Shown one piece after another: positions 20,936 through 29,036 of a DNA stretch of 64,000 nucleotides. Each line of letters begins with the position of its first letter. Position 1 is the stretch's first letter. Source of the stretch: an uncultured bacterium (lineage in GTDB: Bacteria; Patescibacteriota; Minisyncoccia; Phycocordibacterales; DATDWN01); contig CAIOTC010000018.1 of the NCBI GenBank assembly GCA_903861205.1, forward strand, positions 11,800 through 75,799, in the 5' to 3' direction. Made by a program: the position numbers and the translations under genes. The notes under the pieces are model-generated. The model saw only the letters and a list, made by a program, of their open reading frames with translations, was not told the DNA's origin and did no database searches.

Positions 20936-21936
20936 AATTCAAGAGACATATTAAGTATTCCCGCAAAATTGTTTCTTTCTATTTCTATCAGATTTTTATT
21001 TAACCATTTCTCCAGAGTTTTAATCGTACTTTCAAGACTGTATTTGGGTTTCCAGTCAAAATCTTTTTCAAAGGATTTTGATGTAATCTGGAGATTTCGC
21101 ATATCACCCACATCACTTTGAGAGACTATCCTGCACTTTACCACTTTCTGCACAGCTTCACCAAATTGTTTTTTTGAGAAGTTGTGTTTACCAATATTAT
21201 ATATCAGACGAGGCCATTTATCTTTTTTCATAATTGCAAAATAGCCACTGGTTATGTCTCGAATATCCACGGCTGCTCTAAATGCATTCAGTTCTGAAAT
21301 TCTGATAAGACCTTGGGACACGGCACAATAGGTAAAATGGTTTGGCAGGAGTTCTATTCGCATTCTGGGGGATATTCCGCAAACAGTTGCGGGACGAAGT
21401 ATGATGATTCTAAATTTTGGATTTTTCTTAACTTTATTTTTGATATAGGATTCCATTTGCAATTTGTATTTGCAGTAGTTATCGGTTGACTTTGGCAGGG
21501 GATCATTTTCACCCATGAGTTTCATTTCTTTTTGATTGCCATAAAGACTGGATGTTGAATTATAAATAATCGGAATTTCCAGCTTTTCTGCCAAGTCAAT
21601 AACCCTTTTTGAGGCCTCATAATTTAAATCTCTTGTATAATTTGGGTTATGATTGCAAGCCCAGACACTGGAAAGTTCGGCAAAATGGAAAAGAAAATCC
21701 GGTTTGAAATCTTCCAACGTTTTTTTGAGCAGTTCAAGATTTCTAGTATCTCCAATGACATATTGCAATTCAGACTTAGAGTTTTTCCCAGTTTCTATTT
21801 CTTTGATTATTTTTTTGTAATCCTGCTCGTATATAAGAGAGTCATATAACATAACAGAAAGACCTTTTGTCAACGCTTCTTTGGCTAGTTGTGAGCCAAT
21901 ATAACCCAATCCTCCGGTAATAAAGATTTTTTGCAT
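20893..21936 (-). CDS. NAD(P)-dependent nucleotide-sugar epimerase/reductase (extended SDR)
   Basis: It has the Rossmann motif IFITGGLGYIGSQLAKE and YxxxK (YCKYK). Confidence 0.7.
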   Translation of the reverse strand: MQKIFITGGLGYIGSQLAKEALTKGLSVMLYDSLIYEQDYKKIIKEIETGKNSKSELQYVIGDTRNLELLKKTLEDFKPDFLFHFAELSSVWACNHNPNYTRDLNYEASKRVIDLAEKLEIPIIYNSTSSLYGNQKEMKLMGENDPLPKSTDNYCKYKLQMESYIKNKVKKNPKFRIIILRPATVCGISPRMRIELLPNHFTYCAVSQGLIRISELNAFRAAVDIRDITSGYFAIMKKDKWPRLIYNIGKHNFSKKQFGEAVQKVVKCRIVSQSDVGDMRNLQITSKSFEKDFDWKPKYSLESTIKTLEKWLNKNLIEIERNNFAGILNMSLELWTKLSRQEPGPLK

Positions 21937-21969
21937 ACACCTAAAACTATCATAATTTTATGGGTATGT

Positions 21970-23001
21970 CTATAATTGTTCTTTTGCCCACTCCATATTA
22001 TTTTTAAGTCCTTTTGAAAATGGCGTAAATTTTAATTTCTTCATTTCTTTTTTTATTTTACTGAGATTTAGTCTGACTATTTTTGGATCTTTTCCTATAT
22101 AAGCCAACTTTGAAATATTTGCCGGAATTTCGTATTTTACATTGCATAATCTGGCAATTTTTTTTGCCAGGTTCAAAATGGAAAGACTGTCTTTTCCCCC
22201 GACGTTGTAGACGAAATCTTTTCCATAAAAAGCGATAAAAAGAATCATGGCTACGCTGTCGGCGATGTATCCATAAGTCCTGGTTGATTTTCCGCCATCA
22301 AGCAACTTGATATTTTTTTCCACCAAGGCTTTTTTTATGAACTCGCTCAAGACCCGTTTGTCGTCAAGCGGAAGTCCTGGTCCATAAGTAACAGAAATCC
22401 TGACAATTTTTATGTTTGATCCTTTATCTCTTTTATAAGCTGCACAAAGAGCTTCTCCCAAACGCTTTGATTCAGCGTAAACGGATCTTGGCAAATGCAG
22501 TGGGGAATTGCCGTTATAGTTTTCTTTGACCGGAATAAACTCCTGCGGTATATCTCCATAAACTTCGGCGGAGCTGAAAAAAATAAAGGTGGCATTTGGA
22601 GACATATCCAAGAGTCTTTGGGTCGCATCAATATTTATTTTTGTTGTTCCGTTATAATCATTGACGAACTTAGCCGGTTGGCTGTATCCGGCAGAATGAA
22701 AAATATAATCGTACCCCTTCAGATCAAAAGATTTAGTCAAGTCAACACGATGATAAAAAATATTTTTGTGTTCTTTCAAAATGGAAGAAAGGATTTCTTT
22801 TGGAGCGTTCAAACCGGTGGCCTCAATCGTATTGCCGAGATTCATTTCATGATTGGCCAGAGAAAGGGCGGCAGTAATGTGCTGACCGAGGAAGCCGTTT
22901 GCTCCGGTAACAAGGATTTTTTTTCCTTTGATTTTTCCGAGATTAACTTGACTTAAAATTTTTCGACAATCATTTTCTATTATTTTGTTCATCATTTTCA
23001 A
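21970..23001 (-). CDS. NAD(P)-dependent nucleotide-sugar epimerase/dehydratase (extended SDR)
   Basis: It has the Rossmann motif ILVTGANGFLGQHI and YAESKRLGE (YxxxK). Confidence 0.7.
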   Translation of the reverse strand: MKMMNKIIENDCRKILSQVNLGKIKGKKILVTGANGFLGQHITAALSLANHEMNLGNTIEATGLNAPKEILSSILKEHKNIFYHRVDLTKSFDLKGYDYIFHSAGYSQPAKFVNDYNGTTKINIDATQRLLDMSPNATFIFFSSAEVYGDIPQEFIPVKENYNGNSPLHLPRSVYAESKRLGEALCAAYKRDKGSNIKIVRISVTYGPGLPLDDKRVLSEFIKKALVEKNIKLLDGGKSTRTYGYIADSVAMILFIAFYGKDFVYNVGGKDSLSILNLAKKIARLCNVKYEIPANISKLAYIGKDPKIVRLNLSKIKKEMKKLKFTPFSKGLKNNMEWAKEQL

Positions 23002-24823
23002 TTATTTTGGTTTTCTCGCCACCCGGCAGAGGCGGATTTTCCCATCCTTCTATGGGGTTTATTGTCATGTTTTTGTAAAATTCATCGCGAGGAAGGTATG
23101 GATACATATCTTCTATCGGGGTGTTCCAACCAAAAACTCTTGGTTCGTACTTGTACCATTCCCCGCAGTTCACATCACAGACGATCGGTCCGTCATGTGC
23201 CAAAACTTCACCCACTATTTTTTTCACATCGTCGATCTTGTCAATTTTTTTGGTGGTAACGCCATAAGCGCCGGAAATTTTGACGAAGTCCGGAGCGACA
23301 TACCCTTTTGGTCCCGATGCTTCGTGACGTCCTTCAACATTCGTGTCTTGGAACGCCTTAATTATTCCATAAACATGATTGTTTAAAATGAACGTTTTCA
23401 CTTTGATGCCGTATGTTATCAATGTTTGCAATTCTTGGATGTTCATATTGAATCCGCCGTCTCCGATTATGCAAACCACCGAACCCTTTTTGTCCGAGGC
23501 AAACCACGCGCCGATGGCTCCGCAAAAAGAAAAACCCATGGGCGAATTGCCGTTGTTTGAAAAATATCTTTGGCCGTTTTTTGTTTCAAAAGCATGGTTG
23601 CTGATGACTATATTTCCTCCGCAATCTGTCACCAGAATATCATCTGGTTTCATCTCTTGCGAAAGCATTCTGACGAAAGCGTAAGGGTTGACATTTTCTT
23701 TCTGGGTAAAATATTCCGGCTTGACGGGATCGTAAATATTTTTCCATTCCAAAACTTGCTTTGTCCATTTAGACACATCCGGCAAGTTTGTTCCAAAAAG
23801 CTTGTTTCCCAAACGTTCCAAGAACATTTTAGCGTCGCAGTATATGCTGACATCAAACGGCACCTGTTGAAGTTTTTTCTGCAAAAGGGCTGGATCCACA
23901 TCAACCACATATTTTTTGGCTTCTCTGGCGAATGTTTTTAAATTTCCTCCGGTGATTCGACCCGATATTCGACTTCCGACCGCAATCAGCAAATCGCTAT
24001 TTTGAATGCCAAAATTTCTTCCTCGCCCGCCGTATGTTCCGACATTTCCGCCGTAAAATTCATAATCAGCCGGAACAATATCAAGGGCGTTCCAAGTCGG
24101 GAAAACCGGAATTCTGAGAAGTCTTCCCACTTTTTGCAACATATCGGTTGCTCCGGCGGTTCTGACACCTCCACCAACAAGCATGACCGGCCGTTTTGCC
24201 GTTTGCAAATCTTTCAGGAGCTGGTTTATTTTGGCATCAACGATTTTTATGTCAAACAACGCGCGTTTTGTTTGGCTGTCAAAACCGACAAGTGTATTCG
24301 GGTCTATTTCAGCTTTCTGCAAGTTTTGGGGAATATCCAAAAGAACCGGTCCGGGCCTGCCGTCAGTGGCCAAAAACCAAGCCTTTTCAATTTCGTATTT
24401 TATATCTTCCGCTTTGGTAATAAGTTTTGAATATTTTGTAATAGGGGAAGTTATAGCCACAATGTCAGTTTCTTGAAAACCAACCTGCCTTATGTCATTG
24501 TCTTGACGCAAGAATTCTGAATTAATCTGTCCGGTTATAAAAATGGCAGGTACAGAGTCATAAAAACAGTTTCCGATAGAAGTGACGAGATTCATACCCC
24601 CGGGCCCGCTGGTGGCTATGGCCACTCCCGGTATGCCTTTTATTTTAGCATATCCTTCAGCTGCAAAACCGGCCGCCTGTTCGTGCATAGTGGCAACATA
24701 CTCAGCTTTGTCCGTTCTTGTAAAAGCGTCAATAATGTAGGCATTGGCGGCTCCCGATACAACAAACATTTTGTCGACCCCTTTATCGGCAAGGAAATTC
24801 ACGACAAAATCAGCTAATTTCAT
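22970..24823 (-). CDS. Thiamine-diphosphate-dependent enzyme of the acetolactate-synthase large-subunit family, a candidate YerE-like sugar C-branching enzyme
   Basis: It has all three TPP-enzyme domains (N-terminal Pyr, central and C-terminal PP with the GDGG motif IIGDGGFNMN). Its genomic context, next to the 3-dehydratase and SDRs, suggests a role in branched-chain deoxysugar synthesis. Confidence 0.7.
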   Translation of the reverse strand: MKLADFVVNFLADKGVDKMFVVSGAANAYIIDAFTRTDKAEYVATMHEQAAGFAAEGYAKIKGIPGVAIATSGPGGMNLVTSIGNCFYDSVPAIFITGQINSEFLRQDNDIRQVGFQETDIVAITSPITKYSKLITKAEDIKYEIEKAWFLATDGRPGPVLLDIPQNLQKAEIDPNTLVGFDSQTKRALFDIKIVDAKINQLLKDLQTAKRPVMLVGGGVRTAGATDMLQKVGRLLRIPVFPTWNALDIVPADYEFYGGNVGTYGGRGRNFGIQNSDLLIAVGSRISGRITGGNLKTFAREAKKYVVDVDPALLQKKLQQVPFDVSIYCDAKMFLERLGNKLFGTNLPDVSKWTKQVLEWKNIYDPVKPEYFTQKENVNPYAFVRMLSQEMKPDDILVTDCGGNIVISNHAFETKNGQRYFSNNGNSPMGFSFCGAIGAWFASDKKGSVVCIIGDGGFNMNIQELQTLITYGIKVKTFILNNHVYGIIKAFQDTNVEGRHEASGPKGYVAPDFVKISGAYGVTTKKIDKIDDVKKIVGEVLAHDGPIVCDVNCGEWYKYEPRVFGWNTPIEDMYPYLPRDEFYKNMTINPIEGWENPPLPGGEKTKIIENDEQNNRK

Positions 24824-24854
24824 GGATTTGAGTGTTATTTTATAACATCAATCA

Positions 24855-26036
24855 TTATGCATTTTCAGTTGCATTATGCAACCTTTGACACCCTTCCAAT
24901 AAATTTTTTGCGGTATTGGCATAACACATGCGAACATAATTTTTTCCTCCTTCGCCGAACCCTGAACCCGGGCAGAGGACAACGCCGTGATTTTCCATGG
25001 CATGTTTTGCAAATCCATCTCCATTCATGCCGGTTTTGGAAACGTCAATCATAATATAAAACGCTCCGTCCGGTTTTGAAAATTCAATCTTTTTGATTTT
25101 TTTAAGTTCAGAACAGACGATCTCGCGTAATTTTTTGTATTCTGTAAAATATCGTTTGACAAATTTTTTTCTATCAGTCAGAGCCGTAATGCAAGCATCT
25201 TGCAAAAAAGGCGGAACACACGAGATTATTGTTTGGGACAGAAGAGCTATTTTATTGATAATATCTTCCGGACCGATTGCGTATCCGACTCGCCACCCAG
25301 TCATGGCAAATGGTTTTGAAAAACCGTTTGTGACAATGACTCTTTCAAGACAATGATCTATTGTTCCGGCCGAAAAATGAGCTCCTTCATATATAAGCTG
25401 TGAATAAATTTCGTCGCTTAAAATGTACAAGTTGTGTTTTTTTGCTATCTTATAGATTTCAACAATATCTTTCTTTGAATAAACCGCTCCGGTTGGATTT
25501 GACGGCGAGTTGATTACTATAAGGCGCGTTTTTGAAGTAATTTTTTTTTCTATTTCTTTCGGATCAAAACGAAAATTATTTTTATGATTTACTTTAACCC
25601 TGACATCTTTGATTTTGAGCATATTCATAACAGCGTTATATGTCACGAATGATGGATCGGTCAGAATCACTTCCTCTCCGGGGTTTACAAGTATGGAAAT
25701 AACATAATAAATAAGCGGATTTGCTCCTGATGTAACAACAATCTGGGGCAGTGAAGGTTTAAAACCAAAATCTTCCTTTACGGCTTTCTGGATTGCCAAA
25801 CGCAAGGAGTGTTCTCCAAATGAACTGCCATAATGAGTATGGTTAGATTTCATCGCCAAAGATGCGCTTTTCTTTACTTCCGGTGGCATTTCCAGATGCG
25901 AGTCGCCTATTTCAAAGTGAATTAAATGTTTGCCGTTGCGCTCCAATTCTTTAGCTTTGTCCAAAATAGCAAACATGGATTGACCAACTATTCTTTCTCC
26001 AAAATCTGAAAATGTATGATGATTTAATTTATTCAT
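24855..26036 (-). CDS. Class I/II PLP-dependent aminotransferase (AspAT-like)
   Basis: The length and motifs fit aminotransferase fold type I (GxxNP…, SKPFAMTGWRVGYA with Lys in the SKxF context, NPTG). Confidence 0.7.
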   Translation of the reverse strand: MNKLNHHTFSDFGERIVGQSMFAILDKAKELERNGKHLIHFEIGDSHLEMPPEVKKSASLAMKSNHTHYGSSFGEHSLRLAIQKAVKEDFGFKPSLPQIVVTSGANPLIYYVISILVNPGEEVILTDPSFVTYNAVMNMLKIKDVRVKVNHKNNFRFDPKEIEKKITSKTRLIVINSPSNPTGAVYSKKDIVEIYKIAKKHNLYILSDEIYSQLIYEGAHFSAGTIDHCLERVIVTNGFSKPFAMTGWRVGYAIGPEDIINKIALLSQTIISCVPPFLQDACITALTDRKKFVKRYFTEYKKLREIVCSELKKIKKIEFSKPDGAFYIMIDVSKTGMNGDGFAKHAMENHGVVLCPGSGFGEGGKNYVRMCYANTAKNLLEGCQRLHNATENA

Positions 26037-26769
26037 ATTTTATGAAAATTACATCTCCATCAGTCGGTTGTCCGGTTTTTTTGTCGATAAGGCCGTAACT
26101 TTTATGCAATCTGTAACCAAATTGTTCCAAAAATTTTTTTATATCACTAAATAATGGCTGATTTTTGTACACTTCCATATACATCACTTCTGTATAGATC
26201 AGGTCAATTTTTTTGTTCGATAGCATTTTTTCGGTTCCTTGCAACACCAAAAGTTCACCACCCTGGACATCCATTTTCAAAATATTTATTCTTTCTATTT
26301 TATTTTTTTCACAATAGCTATCAAGCGTTTCCGTATTGACTTCAATCTTTCCCATTTTTTGAAAAGCATCTTTTCCTTTTGTAAATTCTTCGTTATTTTG
26401 TAGCAGTGAATTGCAACCATGAAAACTGTTGACAAAAAATTCTGCCGTTCCATTTTGATTTGAAAGAGCAATATTGACGCAATGAACCTTCTTGTCTCCA
26501 TGAACGGACTCTACATATTCCCCAAACATTCTGGGAAACGGTTCAAATCCATGAATGGAAGCCTTCGGAAACATTTTTCTGTATTTATGTGTTGTTTGTC
26601 CGGCATTTGCTCCAACGTCAAAAATTATACCGGCCGGCGCGGAAGCGAATAATTTTTTTTGTTCCAAATAATCTTCACTCAATTTTATTTTAAGTACGCT
26701 TAAATCATACCCAAAATATTTTCTTACAATATATTTGACTAGGTTTTTAGCTTTCTGCCAAGATTTCAT
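26029..26769 (-). CDS. FkbM-family SAM methyltransferase
   Basis: IFDVGANAGQTT…GFEPFP…NGTAEF is the FkbM signature. Confidence 0.7.
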   Translation of the reverse strand: MKSWQKAKNLVKYIVRKYFGYDLSVLKIKLSEDYLEQKKLFASAPAGIIFDVGANAGQTTHKYRKMFPKASIHGFEPFPRMFGEYVESVHGDKKVHCVNIALSNQNGTAEFFVNSFHGCNSLLQNNEEFTKGKDAFQKMGKIEVNTETLDSYCEKNKIERINILKMDVQGGELLVLQGTEKMLSNKKIDLIYTEVMYMEVYKNQPLFSDIKKFLEQFGYRLHKSYGLIDKKTGQPTDGDVIFIKYE

Positions 26770-26775
26770 GTAAGT

Positions 26776-28047
26776 TTATTGAAGTTTCTCCGTTTTATAG
26801 TCAAGTATTGTGGATATTTTTCCCCAAAATGACGATCCGAATAATAATTCTCTGGGATTTTTTTCATTAGTTATAACCATACTGATATCATTGATGGTAT
26901 CTATACTTTTTTTACCATCGCTCAAATGCTTTAGCCAAATAGTGATAGATATCATACCAATTTGGAATAGAAAAGCCGGTACTTCCACACGAACTTTGTA
27001 TTTTCCCGGTTCATAATTTCTATATGTTCCGGTACCGTCTCCTTCGGTAGATAATAATATAAATTCACCTTGATAGTAAAAATACAGAAAAATCATTTTA
27101 TTCTCAATATATTTTCTGATATCAAGCTCAATTTCAATAAAAAACTTTTCCCCAACGGGTATCTGAGCTTTTGGGGCATTTTCTTGATTTAATATACTAA
27201 CTTTTGTGATTTGACCGTCAAGTTCATTTTTTATTGGATATTCCGTTACGGCATTCAAAGTTCTGTCAACATTCAAATAATAATTTATTACCTCTGAAGT
27301 TTCTCCAAATTTTACAATTTCTCCTTTTTTCAAAAGAATTGTTTTTGTGCATAATCTTTCCACCGCATCCATGTTATGACTTACGAAAATAATAGTTCGC
27401 CCCTCTTTTCTGGTGATATCTTCCATTTTTCCCAAGCATTTTTTTTGAAACTCCACATCGCCAACCGCGAGCACTTCATCTATTATTAAAATATCCGGTT
27501 CCATATGAGCGGCCACGGAAAAAGCCAAGCGGACGTACATTCCGCTGGAATAATATTTGACCGGAGTGTCCAGAAATTTATCAATTTCGGCAAATTTTAC
27601 AATCTGATCAAATTTTTTGGCAATTTCTTTTTGAGTCATTCCGAGAATTGCGCCGTTTAAAAAAATATTTTCCCGACCGGTCAGCTCCGGATGAAAACCG
27701 GTACCAACTTCAAGCAAACTTCCCACACGGCCCATTATTTTTATTTCACCTGTCGTAGGCGGAGTTATTTGCGAAAGGATTTTCAGCAGAGTCGACTTTC
27801 CGGCCCCATTGCCGCCGATAATGCCGATAATTTCTCCTTTTTTAACTTCAAAATCAATATCTTTTAAGGCCCAAAAATCTTCTCTGGTTTCAAGACCGGC
27901 CACTTGTTTTACTTTTGTTTTTAAAAAGGAAAAAGGAGATTTGATGGCGTTCATTAAAACGTCGCGCAGGGCAACATAACTTCCACGCTGATGGGTGATG
28001 TTATATTTTTTTCCTATCCCTTTGATTGTTATGATTGGTTTTTCCAT
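26776..28047 (-). CDS. wzt: ABC transporter ATP-binding protein of the polysaccharide-export type (Wzt/TagH-like) with a C-terminal extension
   Basis: The N-terminal ABC ATPase has Walker A (GIIGGNGAGKST), the signature YSSGM and Walker B (ILIIDE). An additional ~170-aa C-terminal domain is consistent with a glycan-terminus-binding domain. Confidence 0.8.
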   Translation of the reverse strand: MEKPIITIKGIGKKYNITHQRGSYVALRDVLMNAIKSPFSFLKTKVKQVAGLETREDFWALKDIDFEVKKGEIIGIIGGNGAGKSTLLKILSQITPPTTGEIKIMGRVGSLLEVGTGFHPELTGRENIFLNGAILGMTQKEIAKKFDQIVKFAEIDKFLDTPVKYYSSGMYVRLAFSVAAHMEPDILIIDEVLAVGDVEFQKKCLGKMEDITRKEGRTIIFVSHNMDAVERLCTKTILLKKGEIVKFGETSEVINYYLNVDRTLNAVTEYPIKNELDGQITKVSILNQENAPKAQIPVGEKFFIEIELDIRKYIENKMIFLYFYYQGEFILLSTEGDGTGTYRNYEPGKYKVRVEVPAFLFQIGMISITIWLKHLSDGKKSIDTINDISMVITNEKNPRELLFGSSFWGKISTILDYKTEKLQ

Positions 28048-28053
28048 AATGGT

Positions 28054-28890
28054 TTATACTATATCCGCAAAATATCTTTCTGTTTTTTTGAAAACATAAA
28101 CGCCCAAAATCATAATGATGAATGTGGCGACGAAAGAAATCAAAATCAAGAACCAATTAATCGGCGCTGTTCCTAGCAAGGATGCTCTGGCGTTTTGGAT
28201 TACTCCCATCATTGGATTGAGAGCAAGGATTTTTGAATATTTTCCGGCAATTGAAGCGGGGTAGATAACCGGTGTCAAAAATAACATAATTTGAATAAAA
28301 AAAGGAAGAACATACCTGACATCTCGATATTTAACATTTATAGAAGCCAGAACAAGTCCCATGCCGATAGAAGCCATAAAAGTGATAAGAAGAAGCAGGG
28401 GTAAAATCCAAAGTCCTGAAATATGTGGCATGTATCCATAATAAAACATCAGACCAACTAATATTATGGAGGCAATTAGAAAATCTATAAATTTTGTTGC
28501 CACAGATGATATGGGTAAAATCAATCTGGGAAAATAAACTTTAGTGATTATGGCTTGATTGCTTAACAAAGCGTTGCTGGTGTCTGCCAGGGCACTTGAA
28601 AAAAATTGCCAAAATAAAAGACCAACATAAACAAAAATGGGGTAGGGAACCCCATCTGATGGCATTTTAGCCAATCCGCCAAAAAAAACAGAGAAAACCA
28701 CCATTGTAATAAATGGTTGGAAAATAGCCCAAGCCACACCTATCATCGTCTGTTTATAACGGACTTTGAGGTCACGCCAAACGAAGAAATACATAAGTTC
28801 TTTATATTTCCAAAGCTCGGTAATATCACGAAAAGAAAAAAGCTTTTTGGGCCGTATAATAGTCTCTTTTGTGGCGACAGAAGAATTCAT
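28054..28890 (-). CDS. wzm: ABC-2 type polysaccharide export permease (Wzm-like)
   Basis: It has 6 TM helices, is ABC2-membrane-like, and lies immediately upstream of the ATPase in the same operon. Confidence 0.75.
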   Translation of the reverse strand: MNSSVATKETIIRPKKLFSFRDITELWKYKELMYFFVWRDLKVRYKQTMIGVAWAIFQPFITMVVFSVFFGGLAKMPSDGVPYPIFVYVGLLFWQFFSSALADTSNALLSNQAIITKVYFPRLILPISSVATKFIDFLIASIILVGLMFYYGYMPHISGLWILPLLLLITFMASIGMGLVLASINVKYRDVRYVLPFFIQIMLFLTPVIYPASIAGKYSKILALNPMMGVIQNARASLLGTAPINWFLILISFVATFIIMILGVYVFKKTERYFADIV

Positions 28891-29036
28891 GTAGAGAAAT
28901 CATAGCATATTGCTCGTTTTTTTTCTAGTTTCGAATTCGATATTATTGTTTGATTAATCACTTAGATTGTGCATAATAACTATGGGTCGGAGTTCTTTGT
29001 CAGACCCAAAAAACCAGAAATTCAGAAAAAGGAGGA

